64,000 bases of DNA from positions 17,830-81,829 of the forward strand of contig CAWGRU010000020.1 in assembly GCA_963825065.1 (NCBI GenBank), read 5' to 3'. This document shows, one piece after another, positions 51,657 through 61,605 of the stretch. Below the pieces are notes generated by a model. It saw only the letters and a list, made by a program, of their open reading frames with translations. It had not been told where the DNA came from and ran no database searches. A program made the translations under genes and the position numbers. The stretch is from an uncultured Gemmatimonadales bacterium. GTDB taxonomy: Bacteria; Gemmatimonadota; Gemmatimonadetes; Gemmatimonadales; GWC2-71-9. Each line of letters opens with the position of its first letter. The stretch's first letter is position 1.

Positions 51657-52289
51657 ATGCTGGCTCTGCTCTGCGCGGTCGCGCTCGATACCGTTCGCCT
51701 GGCCCCCGCGGCGCGTCCGCCGGACTTCGACGGGAGGGCAGGCGTCGAGGAGTATGGCGCGCCCAGCATGGAGATCGCCCGTCCCGGCGGGGTGATCCGG
51801 CTCTGGCTCCGGCGGGACTCCGCCTTCGTCTACCTCGCCGCGGCGCTCCCCGACAGCTCGTTCTACTGGGGTGACGACCTGGTGATCAGTCTCGATGTCC
51901 GGGGCGACCGCGACCCGGCTCCCGGCCACTATGACTTCCAGTGGTACTTCCGGCGGGTGCTCGACAGCAGCGTGGTCTATCGTGGTGAAGGCGGCCACTG
52001 GCGCGCGCCTCAGGACGATCCCGACTGGCGGCTCGGTGCGGCGCGGGAGGGGGGCGGCTGGGAAGTGCGTTCGAAGAGTGACAGCGCAGGCTGGTCGATC
52101 GAGGTCCGTTTCGATCCGGAATACTTCGCTCCGCCTCCCGGGCGATTGCCGGGCCTCGCGGTGCGGGTGTACAACGACGACCCGCAGGGCTGGTACGTCT
52201 GGCCGCACCCGACCGACCTGCGGCAACCCACCGAGCTCGAGCGTCGGCCCGATCGCTGGGCGGTGGTCGACCTCAGCGGAGGATCGTGA
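51657..52289 (+). CDS. Hypothetical secreted protein (DOMON/CBM9-like)
   Basis: Short hydrophobic N-terminus; PDFDG...EY, FVYLAA, DDLVISLD, WSIEVRF pattern. Confidence 0.5.
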   Translation: MLALLCAVALDTVRLAPAARPPDFDGRAGVEEYGAPSMEIARPGGVIRLWLRRDSAFVYLAAALPDSSFYWGDDLVISLDVRGDRDPAPGHYDFQWYFRRVLDSSVVYRGEGGHWRAPQDDPDWRLGAAREGGGWEVRSKSDSAGWSIEVRFDPEYFAPPPGRLPGLAVRVYNDDPQGWYVWPHPTDLRQPTELERRPDRWAVVDLSGGS

Positions 52290-54441
52290 TCGCCCGGGCG
52301 GTGCTGGCGGTGGCACCGTCGCTCGCGGTGACCTCGATCTCGAGCTGGTAGTTCCCCGGGGGCAGCGCCGCCAGCGAGAGGGTGCGTGACGTGCGGGTGA
52401 CCGTGCCGCTCGCAGTTCCTGCTTCCGCGACCGTCAGCACGGTGCGCCGGCCCCGACGGACCAACAGCCGGGCCCGGTATGGATCGCCAGCCGCGAGGCC
52501 GTAGATCTCGTGGTACAGGGTGAGGGTGTCGGTGCGGGTCCAGGCGCGCCGGGCGGTGAAATAGGCGGTGTCGCCTTCGGCCCGGGGCCAGGGGGCGCCG
52601 TGACCCTGGGCGCTCAGCACGAGGTCGCTGACGGCGAAGCGCTGGCCGGAGAAGTCACCGACGTCGACCGAGTCGGTGGGAAGCACCGAGCCGATGGAGT
52701 CGCCTACCGATATGGCGGCGCGGAAGTGCCACCGCCCGCTGGTGATCGGCAGCGCGAGCCGCCCGTACGCTTCGGGCGTGCCATGTTCGGAGCGATCCAC
52801 GCGGGCCACCACCTGGGTGTCCACCCACGCCACGCTGTGTCCCCCGGCATCCTCGACGGTGAGCCGGAGCCGGATCGGCAGCCTGAGCCGCGCCTCCGGG
52901 GGGATCACGCTGTCGTCGAGAGCCACCGGTACCCGCCAGGCGAAGTGCAGCAGGGTTTTCCCGGCGATGCTGCCGATGGCAAACCCCTGGGTCTCGGCGC
53001 CGAGGGCGCGCGGGAAGCGCAGCTCCCAGCCGTCGGTGCTGATCGCCCAGGTCACGCTGGAATACACCGCCCTCCGCTCGTCGTGCAGCGCCCGCTGCTG
53101 CTTGTACCCTCCCCACATCTGCAGCTTGCAGTAGGCCTCGAACATCGTGCAGCGGTCACGGAGCAGCACCGGCAGTGCGCTCTCGTCGTTGACGCTGCCC
53201 ACCCCGCCGATGGCCATCACGCTCGGGACCAGCCGGTAGTCGTGGAGGTCGCCCCCGACATTGGCGGCGAAATGGAGCAGCAGGTCGCGGTCGGCGCCGC
53301 GGTAGAACCAGGTCTGGTTGGGCTGCAGGCTGAAGGCGCTGGTGGAGGCCAGTTGGTCCGGGGTGCCGTAGCGCACGTAGACGAGACCCCGGTCGTCGAA
53401 GCGGGTGCTCCCGCTTCGGAACATGTCACTGTCGCTGTGGTACCGCCGGTTCACCTCGAGGCCGAAATGCTGTTCCGCGTAGGTGATCCGCCGAAAGTGC
53501 TCGCCGAGTCGCGCGCCGTCGGCGCGCAGCGACTGGCGGTCCCGGTCGGTCCAGAAACGACGCAGGTAGGTCTCCCGCGCGCTGCCTGACAGTCGGTCGA
53601 AGGTGGCGAGCGTGGAATCATCGGCGATGAGCGCGAGGTCTTCCCGATAGGCGGCCACGGTCGCGGCATCGTCGGCGGAGGCCCCGGCATAGTAGACGGA
53701 ATCGGCGGACTCGCCGGCGCTGAAGGCGCTCCAGGCCAGTTCGCGCAGCCCCAGACCCCGGGTGCCCCCGTTGTCGAGGTAGGCCCGGAACGCGGCCACC
53801 GCGCCGCGCGGATCTCCCACCAGCCGTTCGGTCCGGCCCAGCGCGTAGAGCAACCCGGTGTCCCTCACTCCGGCTCGGGCGGCGCGGCGGAGCGCGGGCA
53901 GGACGACCCCGGCCATCCTCGCGGTGTCCCGGAGGACGACCGCGTCGGCCTGCAGCAGGCACAGCACCTCGACGTTGAGCGAGTCGAGATCGCTCGCCTT
54001 CCGGAACGCGTCGAGGGCACCCTCCAGGGAACCGAAGCCGACCCGCTTGCCGAGATTCAGCGGATCGGCGGCCTGGCGTGCGCCCTCCGCCTGCAGCGCC
54101 AGTCCGCGGCCCAGCCAGGCGAGGCTCCACTCGGGTTGCAGCGCTGCGGCACGGGAGAAGTCACCCGCCGCACGGACGTACTGCGGCCCGTCGCCGAGCC
54201 CCGCCAGCCGCAGCCTGACAAACCCGCGATGCAGCCGGCGCAGCGCCTCCGCGCCCGGGGTGGCGGCACCGCTGCGCAGGCGGCGCTCGAGATTCATGAG
54301 TGTGGTGGTGTCGCTGCTCTGCTCCAGCTCGAGGCGGAATCGCTCGACGTCGGCGCGCGCGTCGGGGGCCTGGGCCCGGGCCCCCGTGGCGAGCAGGACG
54401 AGGCAGAGCGCCACCCCACCCGGCCGGGTCACGTCACCCAC
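52273..54441 (-). CDS. GWxTD-domain protein with N-terminal TPR-like region (start uncertain)
   Basis: RETYLRRFW, EHFRRITYAEQHF, DDRGLVYVRYGTP, SDLVL, YHEIYGL, GNYQLEIEV. Confidence 0.75.
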   Translation of the reverse strand: MGDVTRPGGVALCLVLLATGARAQAPDARADVERFRLELEQSSDTTTLMNLERRLRSGAATPGAEALRRLHRGFVRLRLAGLGDGPQYVRAAGDFSRAAALQPEWSLAWLGRGLALQAEGARQAADPLNLGKRVGFGSLEGALDAFRKASDLDSLNVEVLCLLQADAVVLRDTARMAGVVLPALRRAARAGVRDTGLLYALGRTERLVGDPRGAVAAFRAYLDNGGTRGLGLRELAWSAFSAGESADSVYYAGASADDAATVAAYREDLALIADDSTLATFDRLSGSARETYLRRFWTDRDRQSLRADGARLGEHFRRITYAEQHFGLEVNRRYHSDSDMFRSGSTRFDDRGLVYVRYGTPDQLASTSAFSLQPNQTWFYRGADRDLLLHFAANVGGDLHDYRLVPSVMAIGGVGSVNDESALPVLLRDRCTMFEAYCKLQMWGGYKQQRALHDERRAVYSSVTWAISTDGWELRFPRALGAETQGFAIGSIAGKTLLHFAWRVPVALDDSVIPPEARLRLPIRLRLTVEDAGGHSVAWVDTQVVARVDRSEHGTPEAYGRLALPITSGRWHFRAAISVGDSIGSVLPTDSVDVGDFSGQRFAVSDLVLSAQGHGAPWPRAEGDTAYFTARRAWTRTDTLTLYHEIYGLAAGDPYRARLLVRRGRRTVLTVAEAGTASGTVTRTSRTLSLAALPPGNYQLEIEVTASDGATASTARAITILR

Positions 54442-55523
54442 GCCTCGAGGCGGCTGGTCCGGCGGAAGGCATCGGGGTGACGGCGGAACCAGGCCATGAT
54501 GAGCAGGATCTCGTCAAGATGCTGGAACGGAAGCGGTCCGGGCGCCGGCGCCGGCTTCGCCAGCTCCTCGGCGACGACGGCCTTGAAGGCCTCGCGCTCG
54601 ATCGGCGTCCCGGGCCACGGGTAGCTCGCGCGGACGATTCCCTGCCGGATGAGGTAGGCTCGGTCGTCCCCGAACGTCCCCGGATCGCGGTAGACGAACG
54701 TCAGGGCCGAGACTGCGGCGCGGGCCCGGCTGGTCGCCGCGAGCAGCCATTCGAGCTGCTCGAACCGTTCCCGCCACTTCGCGGCCCGCTCGAATTCCGC
54801 CGCCTCCGCAGCCGATTGCATCTCCCGCACGACGCGGTCGACCGGCTGGATGGTCCGTCCCTCCAGAAAGGCGATCGCGGTGTCCGCTCGGCGGTGGTAC
54901 TCCTGCTCGGTCACCAGCGCGGCGCAGGGCCCGGCGCAGAAGCCGAACTCGTGGCGCATGCACGCGGCCCGGAGTGCCGGCGTGAACAGGTCCATCTGTC
55001 CGGCGAAGACGATGGGCATCGTGGGAGCGCAGTCCCGCAGGCCGAGCAGATCGTTGAGGGCGCGCACCCCTTCGTTGACCCGGCGTGGGACGGCGAAGGG
55101 TCCGTACCAGCGCTGGTCCTCCCGCCCGGTGGCGCCGCCGGTGGCGAGCCGCGGCGCGGGGCCGCCGGCCATCTTGATGAACAGGGTGCGGCGGGCGCGG
55201 TTCATGTGGTGATTGAACGCGGGGCGGTACCGGGCGATCTGCCGCAGCTCCGTCAGGTGGGCGGCGAACTCGCTGGGGACGTAGTCCCAGGTGATGTCCG
55301 CCGCGGCGTGAAGGATCCGGGCTGCCTTGTCCTCGGGGAAGCTGGCACGGAAATACGAGAGCAGTCGCTGCTTCACCCGTTTCGCCTTGCCCACGTAGAT
55401 CACCCGGCCCAGCGGATCGATCATCCGATAGACGCCGGGCCGCGCCTCGGCCACGCGCCGCACCCGGTCGCGCAGGGCGGCGAGATCGGCGGTGGGGAGG
55501 GAGAGACGCAGGGCTGCGGTCAT
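54429..55523 (-). CDS. UvrC-like GIY-YIG nuclease with UVR domain
   Basis: PGVYRM..IYVGKAK...RL.SYF, YGPF, Cys cluster, MQSAAEAAEFERAAKWR. Confidence 0.85.
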   Translation of the reverse strand: MTAALRLSLPTADLAALRDRVRRVAEARPGVYRMIDPLGRVIYVGKAKRVKQRLLSYFRASFPEDKAARILHAAADITWDYVPSEFAAHLTELRQIARYRPAFNHHMNRARRTLFIKMAGGPAPRLATGGATGREDQRWYGPFAVPRRVNEGVRALNDLLGLRDCAPTMPIVFAGQMDLFTPALRAACMRHEFGFCAGPCAALVTEQEYHRRADTAIAFLEGRTIQPVDRVVREMQSAAEAAEFERAAKWRERFEQLEWLLAATSRARAAVSALTFVYRDPGTFGDDRAYLIRQGIVRASYPWPGTPIEREAFKAVVAEELAKPAPAPGPLPFQHLDEILLIMAWFRRHPDAFRRTSRLEAWVT

Positions 55524-55562
55524 GGGATAACGGTACGCTCAAACCAGTCCGGGGTACAGCGC

Positions 55563-56387
55563 TCAGCGCTGGCAGCGATGGCAGAACACCGTGATCCGGG
55601 CATCGATCTCGTGAGTCCCGGTCAGCGTCGTGCCGCACCGGCGACAGGGCTCCCCCTGCCGGTCGTAGACCATCAGCTCGAGCTGGAAGTTGCCCGGTTG
55701 CCCGGTGCCGGTGCGGTAGTCGCGGAGGGTGGTGCCCTCCGATTCGATCGCCGCGTGCAGGATCCGGCGGGTCCCCCCGTACAACCGCGCGTAACTCTCG
55801 GGACTCACCTTGTTGGCGGGTTTGGACGGATCGATTCCCGCGAAGAACAGCGCCTCGTTGGCGTAGATGTTTCCGACCCCGACGATCCGGCGCTGGTCCA
55901 TCAGGACCTTCTTGATGGCCGCCCTCGAGGACCGGAGTCCGGCCGTGAACCCCTCCACCGTAAGGGCCGGGTCGAGCGGCTCGGGTCCGAGGGCGCGGTC
56001 ATAGCGTTCCCAGCCCGTTGCATCGAGGAGAAGCAGCGTGCCGATCCGGCGGATGTCGCGGAACACGAACTCCACTCCGCTGTCGAGCCGGGCACGAAGC
56101 ACGGCGTACTTCGCCTCGCTGTCAGTCAGGGGCCGGTCGTACACCAGCAGGTTCCCGGTCATCCCCGGCTGGAGCACGAACCGGAGCGAGCCGAGGTGGA
56201 TCACGCCGTGCTTGGCGCGTCGGGTCACGTCGGTGACGGTCGCGCCGATGAGGGCGCGAAGCAGGCGTGGTCGGGTGACTCCCCGCAGGATATCGGTGTG
56301 CGAAAGCGTCGCTTCCACGAACCGCCGTCCCAGCAGGGCGGGCCGGACGCCACGGACCATCGTCTCGACTTCGGGGAGTTCTGGCAT
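55563..56387 (-). CDS. mutM: Formamidopyrimidine-DNA glycosylase
   Basis: MPELPEVET, GMTG, LGPEPL, GVGNIYANE, zinc finger CRRC..CHRCQ. Confidence 0.96.
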   Translation of the reverse strand: MPELPEVETMVRGVRPALLGRRFVEATLSHTDILRGVTRPRLLRALIGATVTDVTRRAKHGVIHLGSLRFVLQPGMTGNLLVYDRPLTDSEAKYAVLRARLDSGVEFVFRDIRRIGTLLLLDATGWERYDRALGPEPLDPALTVEGFTAGLRSSRAAIKKVLMDQRRIVGVGNIYANEALFFAGIDPSKPANKVSPESYARLYGGTRRILHAAIESEGTTLRDYRTGTGQPGNFQLELMVYDRQGEPCRRCGTTLTGTHEIDARITVFCHRCQR

Positions 56388-56468
56388 CGTCAGCGCAGAG
56401 AGGGCGCCCGGCACGAGCGCCCCTGCATGATGCCACGGCGGGCCGCCCTGCGGCAGGTGTGTCGGCCG

Positions 56469-56654
56469 CTACGCCAGGGGGCGGGCTATCCCCAGTTTCT
56501 TCATGCGGGCCTCGAGGGTGGTCGGTTTGAGTCCCAGTGCCTCTGCCGCGCCGCCGGCGGCACTCACCTTCCACCGGGTCCGCTCGAGCGTGGTGACCGG
56601 CGTCGGCTGACGCATCGACGCCACCGCCAACGGCCGTTCAGTGCTCGTCAACAT
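56469..56654 (-). pseudogene. Orphan Fis-type HTH resembling the C-terminus of an FhlA/NtrC-type activator
   Basis: LERTRWKVSAAGGAAEALGLKPTTLEARMKKLGI with no AAA+ domain upstream. Confidence 0.65.
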
Positions 56655-56719
56655 GATGGACCGTCGATCCGACGCCCGGCTCATCCAGCCCGAGACCTCT
56701 GCCGAGCCCTGAGCACTCT

Positions 56720-57352
56720 TCACGCCACTAGCGCCGTCTCCTGCGCGAAGAACTCGCTGAAATCCTCCTCGTCCCGCGACGCACTCCGCACGATTCCGCG
56801 CTCCTCCGCCAGCGACCACAGCTGCTGCATCAGCAGCTTTCGCCCGCGATGCAGCCGGGAGCGGACGGTCCCGATCGGACAGCCGACCGTCTCCGCGATC
56901 TCGTGATAGGACAGATCCTCCACGAAGTACAGCGTCGCGACCACCCGGTAGTCCTCGGGCAGACTGGCCAGCGCGTCGGCGATCTCGGCCGTATCGAGTT
57001 GGGTGATGAACTCCGCATCCGGCAGTGGATCGCTCCGGTCGCGGGTGATGTGCTCCGGGATCATCGCCTCTCCGAAGTCGGGTTCGTCGAGGGAGACTCC
57101 CTGGGGCGAGCGCTTCCTGCGCCGGAATTCGGTCAGGCAGACGTTGGTGACGATCCGGAGGAACCAGGCCCGGAAGTTGGTGCCCTCCTCGAAGCCGCCG
57201 AAGGCGCGCCAGGCCTGCAGCGCAGCCTGCTGCACGGCATCTTCGGCGTCCGCCGCGTTCCGGGTCAGGCTCAGGGCGGCACGTGAGGCCACCGGCAGCA
57301 CCGGGGCGATCAGCGCTTCGAACGTCATCTGGTCAGCGGTCATCGGAATCAT
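56720..57352 (-). CDS. ECF RNA polymerase sigma factor
   Basis: DAEDAVQ, GTNFRAWFLRI, SYHEIAETVGCPIGTVRSRLHRGR. Confidence 0.93.
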   Translation of the reverse strand: MIPMTADQMTFEALIAPVLPVASRAALSLTRNAADAEDAVQQAALQAWRAFGGFEEGTNFRAWFLRIVTNVCLTEFRRRKRSPQGVSLDEPDFGEAMIPEHITRDRSDPLPDAEFITQLDTAEIADALASLPEDYRVVATLYFVEDLSYHEIAETVGCPIGTVRSRLHRGRKLLMQQLWSLAEERGIVRSASRDEEDFSEFFAQETALVA

Positions 57353-57429
57353 CTGGCCCGTCCTTGCCGTGGAGTTGATCGCCTCAGGCGTTCCGCCGCT
57401 CATCCTCCGCGGCCTCGGCCACTCACTAT

Positions 57430-57445
57430 GGCAGGGCAGATGCCA
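57430..57445 (-). promoter_or_regulatory. Candidate sigma54 (-24/-12) promoter
   Basis: Minus strand TGGCATCTGCCCTGCC = GG-N10-GC, about 80 nt upstream of the ECF gene. Confidence 0.5.
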
Positions 57446-57539
57446 TCCGGCATGCCGCCGGCAGGCGCGCGTGCTACTCCTTGCATGGCAATGGCTTATG
57501 GCGCTGCGGCAGGGGTGGACAGGGGGCAGGTAACGCAAC

Positions 57540-57584
57540 CGCGCTCCCAATACTTCGTGAGAGTCACGAAATACCGGGAGCGCG
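57540..57584. terminator. Long hairpin downstream of cupredoxin gene (terminator or operator)
   Basis: CGCGCTCCC..TTCGTGA-gag-TCACGAA..GGGAGCGCG. Confidence 0.5.
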
Positions 57585-57602
57585 GATTGGGACTGCGGGC
57601 TG

Positions 57603-57995
57603 CTACGGGTTCACGACTACCGTCCCCACCATGGTCGGGTGGATGGCGCAGTGATACCCGAATGTGCCGGCAGTCGTGAAGACGATGCTCGCGGTATCGC
57701 CAGACGCGAGGTTGGCGGTCGTGAAGGCCGGGACGGCCGCGGTGTCGGTGACGGTATGCGCCGGGGACACGTTGTCGTCGTTCCGCCAGGTGACCTTCAC
57801 TGACGCGCCGCCATTCAGCGCGACGGTAAAGGTGTCGGGTGAGTAGGCGGTAAAGGTCTTGCCGGCTGCGCTCGGAGTGACGATCACGTTTGCGGCGGGC
57901 TTGGGATTGTTATTCGATGTGGAATCGCTGCAGGCGGCGACGATCGCGGCGCCGGCGAGTGGCAGCGTGAGGTAGCGGGGGAAGTGATCCGACAT
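57603..57995 (-). CDS. Cupredoxin (plastocyanin-like) lipoprotein
   Basis: Lipobox IVAAC; AHTV and YHCAIHPTM type-1 copper ligands. Confidence 0.88.
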   Translation of the reverse strand: MSDHFPRYLTLPLAGAAIVAACSDSTSNNNPKPAANVIVTPSAAGKTFTAYSPDTFTVALNGGASVKVTWRNDDNVSPAHTVTDTAAVPAFTTANLASGDTASIVFTTAGTFGYHCAIHPTMVGTVVVNP

Positions 57996-58081
57996 GTGAG
58001 GGTCCTCCGGGTGGCATCGTGCAGACGAACAGGATGGAGAGCCAACATCCACGTCCGGCGGCGTTCCGCCTAGGACCTGCG

Positions 58082-59365
58082 TCACACGCCGAGGGTCTGT
58101 CGCACCGCCTCTCGCCAGCCGATGTCGCGGCGATAGATCTTGCCGTCGTATTGAATCGCGGCCGATGCCTCACGACTCCTCGCCTGAGCCAATCCAAAGG
58201 TTGGTGCCACCGCAGTGACGGTGAGAACCCGTCCGCCGCTCGCGCGCAGGACGCCACGATCATCGCGCGTCGTGCCGGCATGGAACACCGTCACTCCTTC
58301 AGGCAGGGTCGGGGGGATGGTGATCGCAGCGCCCTTCTCGGGGCTGTCGGGATATCCCTTCGCGGCGAGGACGGTGGTGACGGCGTTTCCCCTGGATACA
58401 GCCAGTCGTGATGGCGCCTCGCCCCGCGCGACTCGCCAGAGACAGTCGGTCAGCCCCGACTCGACCAGCGGTAGCACCACCTGGGCCTCGGGGTCGCCGA
58501 GACGGCAGTTGAACTCGACCACCTTGATGGTGTCATCGGGACCGATCATCAGACCGGCGTAGAGCACGCCGTTGTACGGCGCTCCCTGACGTGCCAGCTC
58601 GGCGAGCATCGGCTCGAGCACCTCGCGTCTGGCCCGCGCGAGGAGTCCCGGTGTCGCGATCGCGACCGGGCTGTAGGCTCCCATGCCGCCGGTGTTGGGG
58701 CCGGTGTCTCCCTCGCCCAGCCGCTTGTGGTCCTGCGCTGCCGGGAGCAGCTCGATCTCCGAGCCGTTGGTGATCGCCAGCAGCGAGAGCTCCTCTCCAG
58801 GCATGAAGTCCTCGATGACGATCACCTTGCCCGCGTCGCCGAACACTCCCTCTCCGAGCATCGCCGTGACCGCCTCACGCGCCTCGGCGCGGGTGGCGCA
58901 GACGATGGCGCCCTTGCCCGCGGCCAGCCCGGAGGCTTTCACCACCAGCGGCTCGGCGTGTCGCGCCACGTATGCGAGGGCCTCCCCGAGGTCGGTCAGG
59001 GTGCGGCTGGCGGCCGTGGCGATGCCCGCCCGTTCCATCACTGACTTGGAAAACGCCTTGGAGGCTTCCACCTCGGCGGCGGCCCGCCCCGGCCCGAAGA
59101 CGCATCTCCCCTCGGCGCGGAGCCGGTCGGCCAGCCCCAGCGCGAGCGGAGCTTCCGGCCCCACGATGGTCAGGTCCGTGCCGTAGGCATCGGCCGCATC
59201 AGCGAGGCGATCGATGTCGGTGGCGGCGATGGGGAGGTTGGTGCCGAGGTCGGCGGTACCAGGATTTCCGGGAGCACAGTAGAGGGTTGCCCCGGAATCT
59301 TCGCGGCGGAGGGCCCAGCAGATCGCATGTTCGCGCCCGCCGCCGCCGACGACCAGAATCCTCAC
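58082..59365 (-). CDS. purD: Phosphoribosylamine-glycine ligase
   Basis: GGGGREHA, APGNPG, VGPEAPL, GLAAGKG, QDHKR, GPNTGGMG, EFNCRLGDPE. Confidence 0.98.
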   Translation of the reverse strand: MRILVVGGGGREHAICWALRREDSGATLYCAPGNPGTADLGTNLPIAATDIDRLADAADAYGTDLTIVGPEAPLALGLADRLRAEGRCVFGPGRAAAEVEASKAFSKSVMERAGIATAASRTLTDLGEALAYVARHAEPLVVKASGLAAGKGAIVCATRAEAREAVTAMLGEGVFGDAGKVIVIEDFMPGEELSLLAITNGSEIELLPAAQDHKRLGEGDTGPNTGGMGAYSPVAIATPGLLARARREVLEPMLAELARQGAPYNGVLYAGLMIGPDDTIKVVEFNCRLGDPEAQVVLPLVESGLTDCLWRVARGEAPSRLAVSRGNAVTTVLAAKGYPDSPEKGAAITIPPTLPEGVTVFHAGTTRDDRGVLRASGGRVLTVTAVAPTFGLAQARSREASAAIQYDGKIYRRDIGWREAVRQTLGV

Positions 59366-60372
59366 GTCTGTTGTGCCTTCCTGAACGCGTCGCGCGCGCG
59401 GTCGGCGGCCTTCTTGGCGGCATCCACCACCTGCCCGAAGGTTTCCTTCGCCTCCTTGGCATAGTGATCGCGCGCGGCGGCGAGGTCTTCACCCAGGGGC
59501 CGTTCCTGGGTCTCGGGCCCGCGACGCTGGTACTCTCCCCGCATGATGCGGTCGTAGTCCCCGCCAGCCATCCACTTCTGCAGCTCCGCGGCCCGCACCG
59601 TGTGCATCGGGTGGGTCAGCGTCAGGGTGGAGAGGGCCTTGTAGAGAATGTCCATTCCCTCGTTGCTGGTGGCGTACTCGTGGGCCTGGGCCATGAAGGA
59701 GTCGAGGTCGAGCTGGCCATCCTGATACCCGGGCCGGACGCCCCCGGCCATCCGCATGAAGAGGCGTTGTGAGGCGATCGGGTCCTGGCTGCCCAACAAC
59801 CCGGCACGGTCGCTCGAGAGTTCCGACTTCCGTGACCACTCCAGAAAGGCCAGCCGAATCGGCAGGAGGGCGATGCCCGCGAGAAAGGGGAGCGCGGAAG
59901 CGCTCACCAGGAAAAGGATTGCGGCGATGGTCCGGTAGAAGGCGTGCCCGCTGATGACATGTCCCATCTCGTGGGCGATGAGCACCCGGATTTCATCGTC
60001 GTCCAAGAGTTCGAGTGCCGCGGAGTGCAGGACGATGAATGGTGTGTCCACCCCGTAGGCGCCCGCATTGAAGACCGGGGTCTGCGAGACGTAGAGCTCC
60101 GGCACGGTTGGCCAGTCGAAGGTCGTGCAGACCTCGACATGGGTGGTCCAGAGCTTGGGGAATTGGGTCGGTCCGACCCGAACGGCGTTGGCCTGAAACA
60201 GGAGCCGGATGCCCCGTTCACCCCCGAGGAATCCCAGAATCTTGCGGGTGACCTCCTCGAAGCCGGGTACGGAGCGCAGGGTCTGTAGAGCCGCCCGGTC
60301 TGCAGGATGCTCCCAGGAAATCGCGGCGATCTCGGGAAGGGTGCGCCGGGGGCGCGGAGCAGGAATGTTCAT
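59362..60372 (-). CDS. M48-family zinc metallopeptidase
   Basis: WEHPADRAAL, HEMGH, ELSSDRAG, THP. Confidence 0.9.
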   Translation of the reverse strand: MNIPAPRPRRTLPEIAAISWEHPADRAALQTLRSVPGFEEVTRKILGFLGGERGIRLLFQANAVRVGPTQFPKLWTTHVEVCTTFDWPTVPELYVSQTPVFNAGAYGVDTPFIVLHSAALELLDDDEIRVLIAHEMGHVISGHAFYRTIAAILFLVSASALPFLAGIALLPIRLAFLEWSRKSELSSDRAGLLGSQDPIASQRLFMRMAGGVRPGYQDGQLDLDSFMAQAHEYATSNEGMDILYKALSTLTLTHPMHTVRAAELQKWMAGGDYDRIMRGEYQRRGPETQERPLGEDLAAARDHYAKEAKETFGQVVDAAKKAADRARDAFRKAQQT

Positions 60373-60441
60373 TGGCGACTCGCAGGTAGGGACAGAGGCT
60401 GTACGCCCGACCCCGGGGATGGTTTCATGATGAGACGGCTG

Positions 60442-61605
60442 CTACGCCAGAGCCTGCTCGAGGTCGGCCAGCAGGTCGGTGACCTCCTCGACGCCACAGG
60501 ACAGGCGGACGAGACTGTCGGTCAGGCCCATGGCCTGCCGGAGCGCGAGGGGGACGGCGGCGTGGGTCATGCTCGCCGGGTGCCCGATGAGACTCTCCAC
60601 TCCGCCCAGGGATTCCGCCAGCGCAAAGACCTGGGTGCCTTCGACGACCCGACGCGCGAACCCGGCGTCGCCCAGCTCAATCGAAATCATGCCACCGAAG
60701 CCGCGCATCTGCCGCTTGGCCAGGGCGTGCTGCGGGTGATCGGCTAGCCCGGGGTAGTAGACTCGCTGGACCCGGGGATGCTTTGTCAGCCAGGCCGCGA
60801 CTTCCCGGCCGGTAGTATCGTGCTGGCGCATCCGCAGCGGCAGGGTCTTGAGTCCGCGCAGGCAGAGCCAGCAGTCCATGGGACCGGGAACACCGCCGGC
60901 AGCGTTCTGCAGGAAGCCCAGCCGCTCGGCGAGGTCCTCGCGGGCGGTCACCAGCATCCCGCCGACCATGTCGCTGTGGCCGTTGAGGTACTTCGTGGTG
61001 GAATGAAGTACGATGTCCGCGCCGAGTCCCAGCGGCTGCTGGAAGTACGGCGTGGCGAAGGTGTTGTCCACCACGAGGAGCAGCCCGTGCGCCTGGGTGA
61101 TGTCGCCGATCGCCGCGAGGTCGGCGAGGAACATCATCGGGTTGGTCGGCGTCTCGCAGTACACCATCCGGGTCGCCGGGGTGAGCGCCGCCGCGACCCG
61201 CTCCGGGTCGCGCATGTCCACGAAGGTGAACTGCAGGCCGAGCCGCTCGTAGACCCGGGCCATCAGCCGGTGCGATCCGCCGTAGACATTGTCCCCGCAG
61301 ACCACGTGATCGCCGCTGGAGAGCAGCTTGAGCACCGTGTCCAGTGCGGCGAGGCCGGAGCCGAAGGCGAAGCCGTACTGGCCGCCCTCGAGGCTCGCCA
61401 CGCAGCGCTCCAGCGCCTCCCTGGTGGGGTTCTGAGTGCGGGCGTACTCGTAGCCCTTGTGCCGGCCGAGCCCCTCCTGCACGTAGGTGGAGGTCTGGTA
61501 GATCGGCGTCATCACGGCGCCCGACATCGGGTCGGGTGCCTGGCCGGCGTGCACGGCGCGGGTGGCGAAGCCGTGGGCGGAATCGGTGTCCCGGATCTTG
61601 GTCAT
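60442..61605 (-). CDS. Cystathionine gamma-synthase/lyase (Cys/Met PLP enzyme, MetB-like)
   Basis: YARTQNPTR, ETPTNP, DNTFATP, HSTTKYLNGHSD, AESLGGVESL. Confidence 0.94.
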   Translation of the reverse strand: MTKIRDTDSAHGFATRAVHAGQAPDPMSGAVMTPIYQTSTYVQEGLGRHKGYEYARTQNPTREALERCVASLEGGQYGFAFGSGLAALDTVLKLLSSGDHVVCGDNVYGGSHRLMARVYERLGLQFTFVDMRDPERVAAALTPATRMVYCETPTNPMMFLADLAAIGDITQAHGLLLVVDNTFATPYFQQPLGLGADIVLHSTTKYLNGHSDMVGGMLVTAREDLAERLGFLQNAAGGVPGPMDCWLCLRGLKTLPLRMRQHDTTGREVAAWLTKHPRVQRVYYPGLADHPQHALAKRQMRGFGGMISIELGDAGFARRVVEGTQVFALAESLGGVESLIGHPASMTHAAVPLALRQAMGLTDSLVRLSCGVEEVTDLLADLEQALA

